Shown here: positions 10,992 through 23,846 of the stretch, in pieces | How positions within the stretch are numbered: the stretch's first letter is position 1 | Layout of the letters: each line of letters begins with the position of its first letter | Assembly: GCF_001194135.2 (NCBI RefSeq) | Contig: NC_068983.1 | Coordinates: 163,384,183 to 163,426,683, forward strand | From: Octopus bimaculoides | Lineage: Eukaryota | Direction: 5' to 3' | DNA length: 42,501 bases | The notes under the pieces: model-generated | Seen by the model: only the letters and a program-made list of their open reading frames with translations | Told to the model about the DNA's origin: nothing | The model's database searches: none | Made by a program: the position numbers and the translations under genes

Positions 10992-11614
10992 NNNNNNNNN
11001 NCACATATCTATGTGTATATTGTATGTATGCATACACAGAGTAAAAAAAAATCGTTTATTTTTTCTACGTTTGGTATAATATAATTAAATATAAATGTCG
11101 GCAAAATTACTGAGAGACTTTGATGAATATCTCTTCACTTCTGAAGATATAATAAACGTTTTATAAATTACCATAGCATTATATACATTGATAAAGTATT
11201 GGGGAAAAGGAGAGGAAAGATAGAAACATAGCGGGAAAGAGAGAACGACAGAGAATATGCAGGAGAGAAAGTGAAGGAGATATCATGTGAAAGAGAAGGA
11301 AAGAGATAAAAGCAAATTACCAGTAGCGTTTCTTTTGTACATCGGCAATGCAATCAACTATTAAGCTAAAGAATTTACCAGAATTTAGAGCGTGAATACT
11401 TGATAACGGCTTTCTTAAATCAGAATGTTGAGTCCAAAACATCGTATGAATATCCCTTTTCGGCAGAGATTTGTTACAGAATATTTCATTGGTTAAAAGA
11501 CAAAAATTCAAGAAGAATTTGCAATCCCAGTTTGGTCCTGGTTCTAGCTAATTATATTCCCTTCATTTCATCGTTAAAGCATTTTGGAAAAGATTTGAAC
11601 GAATGTTACCTTAC

Positions 11615-11739
11615 CTGCCTAAAATTTGAAGGTTGTCTTCCAGTTTTGTATTCCCGAAATGAAGAATCATCGTTTTCGGTACTATGAGTATCTGAGGTGT
11701 TGTTCGTCGATAAGGTACTCATACGGAAGTTTGGTACAT
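11615..11739 (-). CDS. Candidate internal exon, product unknown
   Basis: CCTAG acceptor, strong CAG|GTAAGG donor, open frame (D)VPNFRMSTLSTNNTSDTHSTENDDSSFREYKTGRQPSNFRQ; no homology recognised. Confidence 0.25.
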
Positions 11740-11813
11740 CTAGGATTAGATTTGGTCAACTGTACCATTACATGCAAATTAGTTCTTCTGCACGTGTTAG
11801 AAGTAGTGATAAT

Positions 11814-11814
11814 G

Positions 11815-11875
<61 letters not shown>

Positions 11876-11905
11876 CAGCAGCAGCAGCAGTGGTAGTAGT
11901 ACTAG
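11814..11905. repeat. (GTA)n-(GCA)n microsatellite
   Basis: Directly visible. Confidence 0.95.
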
Positions 11906-12064
11906 TAATATCAACAACAATGACGACAACAAAAACAATGTATTCTAATCCTTATTGAATAACAATATATTTACGAAATATGTGTGAAAACTCATAAGAG
12001 CTGGATACTAAACGATTTCGTAAACGTAACTTAAGAGGTTTCAAATGTTAGCAAACCTTCTTTA

Positions 12065-12173
12065 GTGTATCTGTCTGTCTGTCCTGTCTGTCTGTCTGTC
12101 CTGTCTGTCTGTCTGTCTGTCTGTCTATGTATGTATGTATGTATGTATGTATGTATGTATGTATGTATGTACG

Positions 12174-12222
<49 letters not shown>

Positions 12223-12306
12223 GTTTCTCTCTCTCTCTCTCTCTATCTGTCTATCACTCTGTCTGCCCGTCTGCATGTCTGTATGCATGCACGCATGTGT
12301 GTGTGT
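12065..12306. repeat. Compound microsatellite (TGTC)n-(TGTA)n-(TATC)n-(TC)n
   Basis: Directly visible. Confidence 0.95.
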
Positions 12307-13057
12307 TTAGTTAAATGAAACGTAGCCTTCAGCTTGTTCGGTAAGGCCTCTTTTCATGTGGATGTGCAATCTTTTCTTCAAAGAACAGCTAATAAAAAGA
12401 GGTGAAACGTAAATGTCAGTGCTTCATATCGTTACAAATACAAAGAATTTTACGAAAATATCTGCTGCAGTGTAACGCGAAAGACTACAACATTCAAGCA
12501 GAACATACTTCTGGAATTAACTGCTAACATTTCATATTCTCTCCTTCTCGAAAAAAAAAACAAACGCTCTTTTCCTATATTCATTATTCTCGTGAAGATC
12601 ATCATCATCATCACAATCACCACCAAAATCATTATCTTCAGTTCCTTCACCAATGTCTTTGCCATCACCGCCATCAGGTTCCCTGAGAAATATTTCGATG
12701 TCATATTTTGCATTCTTGCAAGGTATGCAAAAGAAAAAAAAATGAGAAATTTTAGCTGTCAAAAATTTCTGGATAGGTTGATTGGAAAGAAACTGGAACG
12801 TCAATTCCACTGCACATATGGCAGGTAAATATAAAGATAAACAGTTAAAACCTAATATGGTAACTTTATAAAAGAAGAATTAAAATAAAGAAGTCCAAGT
12901 TTCCTTTCAACAAATGTTAACATCTTTATACTTGTCTTCCTAAAGTTTACAGCATATCCGCAAAGATTTGTAGCTTTAAGACAGAATCTAAGGATCGATA
13001 CATACTTTTGCTTCTAAGTTAAGAATTTCATGGTAAATTCTCATAGACGTTTTCTAG

Positions 13058-13157
13058 ATTCTCAATATATTTAAGTCTTTGAAAGGATTAAAAATGATCA
13101 TTGATAATTTATTAGATGATGAGCTGCGATTAGAGACGATGGAACTTTCTAGACGTC
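13058..13157 (+). CDS. Candidate internal exon, product unknown
   Basis: TTTCTAG acceptor, GTATGT donor, open frame ILNIFKSLKGLKMIIDNLLDDELRLETMELSRR; no homology recognised. Confidence 0.2.
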
Positions 13158-13563
13158 GTATGTCAGTTTTTAATAAATTTATCAATTTCTCTCTCAGCAG
13201 ACTGTGGGATAACCATCTGATACAGAAGAATGCCTCTAACATAATAATGGCACTAATGACCCATAAATTAATAGGTCTATATCATATCGATTCAAATATC
13301 GCTATACTTGAGTAATTATCTTTAGATTAGCAATGCATAAACTCAATTTCAGAATTATCACTCGGCGTTAAATATCTTTCATATATCCTGCTGATAGTAT
13401 AAAAATATCCTTTCTTCTAAGTTATTGAATCAAGCTCTGGTGAGTGAATTTAATAAATTATTTATAGAAATCAGAACGACAATACTAAAGATTAGTCAGA
13501 AAAAGTTGCATCATTACTTTTGTGAAGATATTTTCCTCAGCTGAAGTTAGTATACACACATAC

Positions 13564-13602
<39 letters not shown>

Positions 13603-16179
13603 AATACACATCGAGATCATAAACACATATACATATATATGTGCACATACGTACACATACCTACCTATATAATACACGCGTATATAGATGTGTCATACAG
13701 AGATACACCCGTATACATATATAATGCATATATATATACTGATATTCACAGATATATGCACACACTCGTGTGTGTGCATGCGTGCCTGTCTGTCTATGTT
13801 TAGGTAAGAAATTAAAATAATACAATTTCATATGAAGGTATTTCTAGAAAATATGTCGCTAGTAATGATGGTACTCAATATGGCCGCAGACCACTGATGG
13901 AAGCTAATAATAAAAAAAATTAATACATAAATAAAAGAATCACACATTATCATTATTGAAGTTTTCTTGATATTTAAAAAAAAAGATATTAATATATAAA
14001 TTCAATTAATGGAGTGCGGAAATACATTTTTAAAACATTTTTTTCCTTATTTCCATTTACCTATCTAATGTAATAATCTGCATTTAAACTTGAAATATTT
14101 TCGTTATTTAAAAGAAACTATAAAGCCTGAAAGCGAATATATTTGAGTTACCAAAATTACATTGGTGTGATGATTGGTAATAAATTGCTAATGTATAGCA
14201 TTACTGTGTGAAACAACCCGTTTCCGTTATTTTCGCTATTAGTAAACTCTCCATTATATTACTATGCCGACAACAACCACAGCTCTTTCAGTTCACCGTT
14301 GCATTCATTTATAAAGTTCAGTAAGAAGTAATAACAGTGTTGGTCAATTTAAAAATTTTATATTCCCCTTTTATTAAGTAATATTCATTTTAATGTGAGT
14401 GTTTCGACGTTTAAATTGATGTAACGTCGGCAATACAGATATTCGATGATTTCGAACATTTAAAAGGCTTCTTTATATTGTTTTTACTCCACCTTACGTT
14501 ACAATATATATTTCTGCCTGCTCGGGAGGTTCTCTATATAATAATGAAATCATCTTAGACGACCACGTGATAGTTTTTAACGTAAACTAGGCTATAGCAC
14601 GCTCCACTCGCCATTACATGTACTTTGAATTCAGAAATACGCTCCAGATTGAAAAAGGAAGCTTGCTGTAAGTGCCAGAGAGCTGTTGTTCGTATCTTCT
14701 TATCTTCTTATCTTCTTATCTTCTCAACCAATTAATTCCTGTTTATTGTTGAAGCTATTCATTTATTAATGATTTAATGAGAGGAAGAAAGGCAGTGCCA
14801 ATGACTGGCTTCAGGGCCACCGAAATCGTTTGGAGGAAATCCTACTTGAAATGCTCTCTAAAGACATCCTATGATCGGGCGGTGGTGCTAAACTTGCAGA
14901 AAAGTGTCGGTAAACCAAGTTCCACTCAAGCGGCAATGTTTCACATTTAGGTATCGCTGCTGGATTCTTTTGGTATTCTTAGTATCTCATATCTTAGTCA
15001 CCAGTTCTCTATGCGTTAAATGATTTGCTGACCAACCATTAAATTTTATCATCTGAAAATATTTATGGTCATCAGTGTTGATTATTTCTCAATTCTGTAT
15101 TCTATTTCACTTTATAAGAAAGCTGACAACCACCACATACACGTATACACACACACACACGCATACATCTCCACACACACAGACATACACACACATACAT
15201 CGCCCTACACACAGACACATAAAACACAGACATATCATCTTCACTTATAAAAGTGTTAAATCTACTATAAATATGCCATTAAGCTATAACCAACGATTTC
15301 AAGATTCCAAGGTGTTATTTGGAGTTGGGTACACACGGTTCTGTTGACTACCAACAAATATGATTCTCTGGAACGTCTACCATTTCGATACGTATCTAAA
15401 TTCCTATGGTGAACTGTATCTAAAAATATTGGCGGGAAAATCTCCTGCTAAGCAAATGACTCAGAATGTTTTAGAATGGAGTCATGAAATATATAAAGTA
15501 CAGAAGCCATGTTAAAGATCTTTAATATAACATAGATAAGTTCTTGTATTATTATAAGGTAAAATACAAGTGTCTTTGTTTTTCTTTTAGCTTTATAATA
15601 TTGAAGTTAACAGAAACTTAATTAAGCTGTCCTTATTACGGCTGCACATTTCTGGATTCTTAATTAAACTTTATTTATAAAATACCAGATGGAAGCTAAA
15701 ACTAAATTACTTTCAACTTAAAACTATGTCATAGCAACACTCAATGCGGAAATAATACACTATGATAATAATTTCTAATTTGATATAACGGTTCTAAGTT
15801 TCAGCTGGAGTGGAACTGCTACATATTAAAAACTTTAATATATTGATCAGAGAAGTCAAGTAAAATCGATGTGTTTATAAACACAAATTCTATACCTCAT
15901 ATTTCATTACATTGAATTGAGCAAGAAAGCATGAAAAATTTAGTAAATTACCCGCTTGGCATTCGATGCTATACGAAAGTTTCAAAATATATAATAACAA
16001 AGAGAACACTGTGAAATATTATTAAACCATGAAATAAAACGGTTAAAATTTTAGAATCTCTTCGAGGGAGAAATAGCAGAGTGACCTGAATATATTGTAA
16101 AATACAATAAATAATATGAATAAGATATTTCTTGAACCGTTGGATATTTAAATGGGACACACATACTGAAATTCTGTAG

Positions 16180-16256
16180 GGAGGATAAATTGACTTCAGA
16201 AAACCATTCGTCAATCACGAAGAAGTTCCAAATTAAAATAGAGAGTAGCATGACTG
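16180..16256 (+). CDS. Candidate internal exon, product unknown
   Basis: TTCTGTAG acceptor, CTG|GTGAAT donor, open frame EDKLTSENHSSITKKFQIKIESSMT; no homology recognised. Confidence 0.18.
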
Positions 16257-16909
16257 GTGAATTAATTTGGTTTATTAGTCCGTTATATACATGGAAACAG
16301 ACTAAAAGAAATGAAACAAATTTAAACGCAAGTTATACCACGTTGGTTGAATATTATACCAGTGTTGATATACAACAAGAAACAACTCCATAAGGCAAGA
16401 GATATTTAAGTTGACAACGTCATAGATTTGTATGCCTAGAAAATGGGTGAAGTATAGGTGCCCCTGAATATAAATAAACAATTATTCTCCCTCTCTCTAT
16501 ATATGTATATATATATATATATATATATACATATATATTGTATATATATAAATATACATATATATGTATGTATATGTGTGTGTGCATGTATGTATGCATG
16601 CGTGTGTGTGTCTTTAGTCAGTGTTAAACTATGTATGTTAGAAGAATTTCCAATCTGGCATTCGGTGTTTGGTGCCTGTAGTTCATGATGGGTAATTTAC
16701 ACTGAAATCAGGTGACACAACAAGCTCATCTGCCGGTGCTGAGGAAATTTCGTCGTCCAACATATTCTGTGCTTCTTTTTGGCACATAACGGCTGTACGA
16801 AATAATTTCTCGGGACGATTGCCACAGCAGTGTCAATCGTTCTAACAACACACTCAAGTGAAGTTGGATGTAAAATCAATTTTCGTTACAGAGTTCGTGT
16901 CCTTCGCTA

Positions 16910-16963
<54 letters not shown>

Positions 16964-17095
16964 ACAATATCGAACACACATAACACACAAGGTAAGTGTT
17001 TTATCAGTAAGTGGGCAGGCTGCGATTTGTAGGTGTGAAAGTATATCTTTTCGTTAACATGCCTGGTGTTTAGTGGTGCAGAAATCATAAAAAAG

Positions 17096-17442
17096 CAAGA
17101 TAACTTGCGCCGGTTCCCATGACCGGAGCGGAGCGGTAGACATTAACGTTTCGTCCTCTTTGTGACTTATCAATACCACGTACTCGAAACTAGGCCAGAC
17201 GTAAGGTAAAGCGCTTTATATGACTATATGCACAATGGCGTGAAAACCATGTGCTGGTATGTCCAAAAATTTCATACCAAGGAAAAAATTTAAATATGAA
17301 CGGGAATCAGCCCGAGAGATATAAACAATATTGCGCTTGCGTCATGTTGCATTTCTGGTACGTGGTATTGATAGCTCACAAAGATGACGAAACATTACTG
17401 TCTACCGCTCCTGCATCGGGAACTGACGCGAGTTATCTCGTT
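17096..17442. mobile_element. MITE-like inverted repeat, about 85-90-bp arms
   Basis: 17096-17183 (CAAGATAACTTGCGCCGGTTCCC..GGAGCGGTAGACATTAACGTTTCGTCCTCTTTGTGACTTATCAATACCACGTAC) is the diverged reverse complement of 17358-17442; spacer about 175 bp. Confidence 0.8.
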
Positions 17443-17586
17443 TGTCACTGACTTCTACGTGTTTTCACACTAAGGAGTATTATCAAGAAAATGTTTACTT
17501 CCGCCTGTAAATCGCAACCTGCTCACGAATTGGCAAAACACATGCCTTGTTTAAATCTCTCGGGCTGCTTCTCATTTATACTTGGA

Positions 17587-17590
17587 ATGT

Positions 17591-17643
<53 letters not shown>

Positions 17644-17697
17644 TGTGTGTATGTACATGTTTGTGTGTGTGTGTGTGTGTGTGTGTGCTTGTGTGTA
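17587..17697. repeat. (GT)n microsatellite
   Basis: Directly visible; precedes a gap. Confidence 0.97.
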
Positions 17698-18419
17698 NNN
17701 NNNNNNNNNNNNNNNNNNNNNNNNNNNNNNNNNNNNNNNNNNNNNNNNNNNNNNNNNNNNNNNNNNNNNNNNNNNNNNNNNNNNNNNNNNNNNNNNNNNN
17801 NNNNNNNNNNNNNNNNNNNNNNNNNNNNNNNNNNNNNNNNNNNNNNNNNNNNNNNNNNNNNNNNNNCACACACACACACACACACACACTTGTCATATTT
17901 TTAAAAAGCAGCAAGTCTTCAACACTTTAAAAAAAATGTAGCCAAACATAGTTTTGCGAAATAACTAATTAGAGATAAAAATGTCCTGGAAACTCCCATT
18001 AACTATAAAAAACAAAACAAACAATATTCAAAGCGAGGTTGTCGTGTAATAGTAAAACTTTTGGCGAAATCAATATGTGCAGTGTTTATAGTGTTTATAT
18101 GTAGATTAATTAGCTAGATCCCCTATAATTAACAAAATACTGTAATCTATTGACCTTATGCAAAACTAATAATAACATGTAAGCATAAAATGTTCCTTCT
18201 TTTATGTTTGCACTGAGTTAATAACCGGGTTATAATAAATACAAGTAATGCAAGATCCATAACATAAGCTTAAATTACTTTTTAATTAATAGATAAAGAC
18301 TATAAACTACCAGACTGAAAATTGGAGTTAATTATGTGATGTTATTAGAAAGTTTATGTCCAGATTATAAACTTGGCGTTTTTATCATTATAAATGTATG
18401 CCTAAACCATCGAATATTT

Positions 18420-19070
18420 AATGGCAGCTATATACCATCATCAATCAGTTCAGAAGTCGATTGATTATATTGATACATTCTTGATGCTTTGGTCTCACTC
18501 CTCTAATTAGTTGTTCTTCAATTATGAGATTCGGTTGGTTATTTGTATTTTGTGCAAATAAATCTGTAACTCTTGCCAGATCTTTTATTCCCAGGCTCAC
18601 AACGAAGTGTGTCTTACACAATTTTTTAATCCAAAGTGAGTGGCTGCAGTTAAAAAGGACAATGTTTTGGTATGCATAATTACTTTAACTTTATAATCTT
18701 CTATTTTAGCAATGAACTTAATATTTGATATTACTAAATCCAGTAGTGATTTACTAATTTACATGTTAGGATCATCTACATCAAACAGTATATTTAATAC
18801 AAGTATTATTCTGCATATCAGGGAACCAGTATATTCATTTATATTCATCATCACATGTTCATTTCTGCTTGAATTCTGTGTTCAGAAGTAATTTCTCAGC
18901 CTGCGTTATTCATTTACTTTAAAATATTTCAGTTGATTTTTTCATTCTATTGCTGTATCTCAAGTTGCTTTTATTATGCGATAGTAGGTCTCCCGTTTCA
19001 CATAGTACAAGACCGCTGTATTGGGTGTAGGCTTTATCGGGGAAATCAACGCGATTTTGAAGTGTCCAAA
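18420..19070 (-). pseudogene. Possible highly degraded reverse transcriptase remnant
   Basis: Scattered weak motifs in RT-like order across stops and frameshifts (FKIALISPIKP; ILFDVD; KNCVRH; LIDDGI); could be chance. Confidence 0.25.
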
Positions 19071-20509
19071 TGATTTATACGTTTTGTGTAAACATGTAGA
19101 GATTAAATCTGAGTTTTGTTATGTAATTTAGAGAAATAGTATGAGATTTGAAGAGATTCTGTAGTGCATAAGTGACAAGGCTTATAGTTATTTGTTTAGG
19201 GTTTGAAGAAGAACAGCTTACACATAATATTTTATGGTGTTTATACACACACATGAACATAAATGCTTGTATTTGTGTCTGTATGTGTGAATGTATTACC
19301 TTAAATACAAATATTTGTCTAATTAATAACAATACCTAATCTTGGTTCAGAACAAATTTGAACTAGAATATATATTTGATATCTGAACTAGTTTAACTAT
19401 AGTCCAAAACTGTTAGTCATATTCTCTCAGTCTCAATTAATACTTATTTGAACTAGAACAGAGATCATCTTCAACGTTTTAACCTTGGGTCAGTATTTTC
19501 ATATAAGTCTGTTTGCGCACCATAACAAATAACTTCTGACTTAAGATTTGCTATTATGACTTACTTTACAAAGACATTTATTATTCAATCCAGACCTTCC
19601 TTTCGAAGTTCAAAACACGGTTATATAAACTGCCAACAATCATTCATACCCAAATTTTGCGAACAGCTCTGAGTTTGAGGAGACTGTCAACATTTGATAT
19701 AATAACCATTTTTATCTACTCCACTCAGTGTATTGAGTTCTATATCAGCTAATGTTTGAAATACAAAAAATATATTTTATCTTTAATTTACACCTATTTA
19801 TCACGCACACACACACACATACACACATATGCATGTACATATATACACGATGTATATATATATATGTGTGTGTCTGTATACACATACTTGTGTGTGTGTA
19901 GTAAGGGAGAAACAGAGAATGGAGAAAAAGAGAGGGAGGCATTAATATCGAAATTATATCCTACATTTATCATTTATTGTAGCATACATTTGACGGCGTA
20001 GTGCTTTCAAGAGACATTCCTACTTTTTTTTTTTCATTTCTGTATTCCCTCTTGTTCGATAAATCTTTATCATGACTATCTTTAATTACATCCATGCTAT
20101 TTCTGTGGCGATATTTCAAATCTGGATTCCTCGTACGCAGAAAGTGAGCTCCAGTCATTGTGTACACGAAGATTTATTTCGCCTTCTTTCGTATTGGACT
20201 TCTCCAGAAATGTGTATTATATTTTTCCTTTTACATGCTCTATTATTACTACTTCTACAACTCTATCCTACGTCTATATTTCCATTTCATTGTGTATGTT
20301 TTTTACTTTCTACTGGCTGAATGCTATTTCTTGTTTTTTTTTTTGCGAAAAGTTTTGATTTTTATTCTATGCGTCATATGATACACGTAGGTTCACTGTT
20401 AAATTTGTTACCGCTTATATTTTACTCTAATTCATACACCTAACCATATGTACATACACACACACACATAGACACATATATGCCTATGAATATGTATACC
20501 TGTATACAT

Positions 20510-20546
<37 letters not shown>

Positions 20547-22569
20547 NNNNNNNNNNNNNNNNNNNNNNNNNNNNNNNNNNNNNNNNNNNNNNNNNNNNNN
20601 NNNNNNNNNNNNNNNNNNNNNNNNNNNNNNNNNNNNNNNNNNNNNNNNNNNNNNNNNNNNNNNNNNNNNNNNNNNNNNNNNNNNNNNNNNNNNNNNNNNN
20701 NNNNNNNNNNNNNNNNNNNNNNNNNNNNNNNNNNNNNNNNNNNNNNNNNNNNNNNNNNNNNNNNNNNNNNNNNNNNNNNNNNNNNNNNNNNNNNNNNNNN
20801 NNNNNNNNNNNNNNNNNNNNNNNNNNNNNNNNNNNNNNNNNNNNNNNNNNNNNNNNNNNNNNNNNNNNNNNNNNNNNNNNNNNNNNNNNNNNNNNNNNNN
20901 NNNNNNNNNNNNNNNNNNNNNNNNNNNNNNNNNNNNNNNNNNNNNNNNNNNNNNNNNNNNNNNNNNNNNNNNNNNNNNNNNNNNTATATATATAAATGTA
21001 TATATATAGGCATATGTCTATATAAATGTAAACATACACATATACGCATGTACATACATATACATACATTTATATACACACATACATACAAATGCACACA
21101 AACACACACACACATATATATGTATACACATGCACATCACGACAGTTTATGTGTCTGGCACATATTCTTTCTTTCTGTCCTCTTCTCTCCTCTTTTCTGC
21201 GCGCCCACATTTATATATACATATCTAATAGTTTCGCAGAAATAAAAACTACATGTGATAGTTAATGTCTGCTCCAATTTCATTGTCCATGTTTGCTACA
21301 GAAGCTATAGCATAAGCCATTATTGCTTCATTCCGAAGATGAGAGAATGCAGTCCAAGAAACACAGGTGATTGATTTTGGAATTTTATCGTTCTATATTT
21401 TTCATATTTCCGCGTGATTTCCGCGATGGTTGTTTGCAGTTTTTAGTGTTCCACAGAATCTGTGTGAAAATAATGAAATCATTGATAAAAAAAGATAAGA
21501 TAAATGGTAAACGTGTATTCAACAAACTGAAAGGTAATGTTGTTAGCCATCAATACAAATATATATGTATATATATATATATATATATNNNNNNNNNNNN
21601 NNNNNNNNNNNNNNNNNNNNNNNNNNNNNNNNNNNNNNNNNNNNNNNNNNNNNNNNNNNNNNNNNNNNNNNNNNNNNNNNNNNNNNNNNNNNNNNNNNNN
21701 NNNNNNNNNNNNNNNNNNNNNNNNNNNNNNNNNNNNNNNNNNNNNNNNNNNNNNNNNNNNNNNNNNNNNNNNNNNNNNNNNNNNNNNNNNNNNNNNNNNN
21801 NNNNNNNNNNNNNNNNNNNNNNNNNNNNNNNNNNNNNNNNNNNNNNNNNNNNNNNNNNNNNNNNNNNNNNNNNNNNNNNNNNNNNNNNNNNNNNNNNNNN
21901 NNNNNNNNNNNNNNNNNNNNNNNNNNNNNNNNNNNNNNNNNNNNNNNNNNNNNNNNNNNNNNNNNNNNNNNNNNNNNNNNNNNNNNNNNNNNNNNNNNNN
22001 NNNNNNNNNNNNNNNNNNNNNNNNNNNNNNNNNNNNNNNNNNNNNTATATATATGACTGCTGACATGGACGGTTACGGTCAAATAATTTGGGCAGTAAAG
22101 CGTACATAAACGTGACGTCTAGAAAACAAAGTAACACGTGACTGCTGAGGTGGAAGACTGATGGTCAAACATTTTGGCGGTAAAAACCTACGTCAATTCG
22201 ACTACTATAAGAGTGCTGATGCTGACATATTTCATATCGTAATGAGGAAACTGCGAATCTATAGAGACATTGGATGTAGAAAGATTACTCTGCTAAACAT
22301 CTACAGAAATACGAAAACTATTTCATAAAAAAACAGAAAACTGGAATATAATCCACAAACACTTGTCTTTGTTGTAGTGTAGGAGCGTCTGTGCCACAAT
22401 GACAATGAGATTTATGCATGCGCAGTGCAAGCTCCTCAGATGGCTTTCCATACTGGACACGTCAAAGTTTAATATTGTCTACCTTCTTTCCGGTGGTAAA
22501 AATCGTTTTGCATCGGATTAAAAACTCCTACTTAGAAAAAAAAAGTAAAGGTGTAGGAACATCAATAAC

Positions 22570-22870
22570 AATTCAAAACTAAAAAGACTCGAGAGAGGAG
22601 GGCTTTCCCTCTGGGAAACTATGCCTACAAGAGACGCGGAAGATACAAGGATGTCATGAAATAGCTGGAGGGCAGAAACAAAGTAGATTCGGCTGGTGAG
22701 AAGCAAGAAGGCTGCCCAAACTCGAGGGCAATGGAGAAAAAAAAAACCTTGATGGCTTATAATGTTTAGGGAGTGAAGGATTTAAAAAGAATGAAGATAA
22801 TTGACACTGATGCCTTGCGAAGAATTATAAATATACCAGCCTTCAGGACAGCGTCAAAGATATCACAACC
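22570..22870 (+). mobile_element. Possible degraded CR1/L2-type LINE 3' fragment
   Basis: KRLERGGLSL..TRGQWRKK resembles the ERLxxLxLFSL..TRGH C-terminal motifs of CR1-group ORF2; many disablements. Confidence 0.35.
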
Positions 22871-23449
22871 TAATTAAACAACTGCTTGAGTGCAGTGAAA
22901 TCGTTCACTGGAATGAAATTATAATAGGTCAGTTTGCACACATTTCTGTTAATAATTGATTTCAAATTTCAATGTTCAGCCATATGCTATTTTACCGCCA
23001 AAGACTACAAGAACGCTGTAGACAATTTTTGATCCTCTTCTTTAATAGCAGTGTACTTAGTTCCAATTTTTCGCACCCACAGATCACACATCTTATTCCT
23101 GTCTTAGACACAAACGTCCCTTAAGCTGATGTCTGCGCTTAAGCAGATGTTGCACTTCTTGTCACACATCTTCTTCCCCTGTTTGGAGGCTTCGCTAAGT
23201 CGAATGATTTCGGAAATTATCCATTGTCCTTTCACACGACTATCCTCCTGAAAAGTCTGTCGTCATATAATCAGCAATGCCAGATTATCTCCACAACAAC
23301 ATCAACTCCCTATGTAATAGCATCGAATATATTCATCTCATCAGTTCTGTGTATCAGGCAATGATCTAAGTGTCGGTCTTCGTTTGTTCAAGAAATGACA
23401 ATATTTCCAAAAGTGGAAATGTTCGAAAGATCAGCTCAGGAACTATGAG

Positions 23450-23615
23450 TAATAATCCTTTCTACCGTTGGCAGAAGGTCTGAAATTTTGGGATATGGGG
23501 CTAGTCAATTACAACATTTGGTAGTTATTTCATCGACCCTGAACTGACATCGGCAGAATTTGAACTCAGAAACTAAGGACGGACAAAATACCACTAACTA
23601 TTCCGCCAGTTCTTT
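23450..23615 (-). mobile_element. SINE family B, degraded
   Basis: Minus strand has B-box-like GAGTTCAAATTC; similar to 36247-36429 (-) and 40897-41102 (+). Confidence 0.7.
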
Positions 23616-23636
23616 GCTTTAGAACTAGGAGTAATA

Positions 23637-23846
23637 ATTATTTACATTATTTACATTTGACGGATATTTGTCCTTATCTTGTTTGTTGTTAACTCAACGT
23701 TTCGGCTGATATAATCTCCCGCCTTCATCAGGTGTCTTGGATGGTATATCAGCCGAAACGTTGTGTTAACAACAAACAAAATGAGGACAAATATCCATCA
23801 AATGTAAATAATGTAAATAATTCCTCATCTCTTAAATATAGAACTG
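23637..23846. mobile_element. Penelope-like terminal repeat (family P1) in inverted arrangement with target-site duplication
   Basis: Arms 23637-23713 and 23745-23821 are inverted copies; TAGGAGTAATA is duplicated at 23626-23636 and 23847-23857; same family as 7765-7947. Confidence 0.85.
23691..23737 (-). ncRNA. Hammerhead-like motif (family P1)
   Basis: Minus strand: GACAC CTGATGA A GGCGG-GAGATTATAT-CAGCC GAAA CG TT GAGTT; intact core, one mismatch each in stems I and II; the plus arm keeps the intact 3' half CAGCCGAAACGTTGTGTT. Confidence 0.55.

Noticed and set aside
12406-12828. 141-codon stop-free plus frame ending near a CAG|GTAAAT donor, with open minus frames too
   Set aside because: Centred on a degenerate (ATC)n repeat that keeps frames open on both strands; no recognisable product.
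23000-23300. Cys-rich minus-strand peptide resembling a piggyBac C-terminal domain
   Set aside because: Cys spacing is incomplete, with stops and no catalytic domain or TTAA-bounded TIRs seen.
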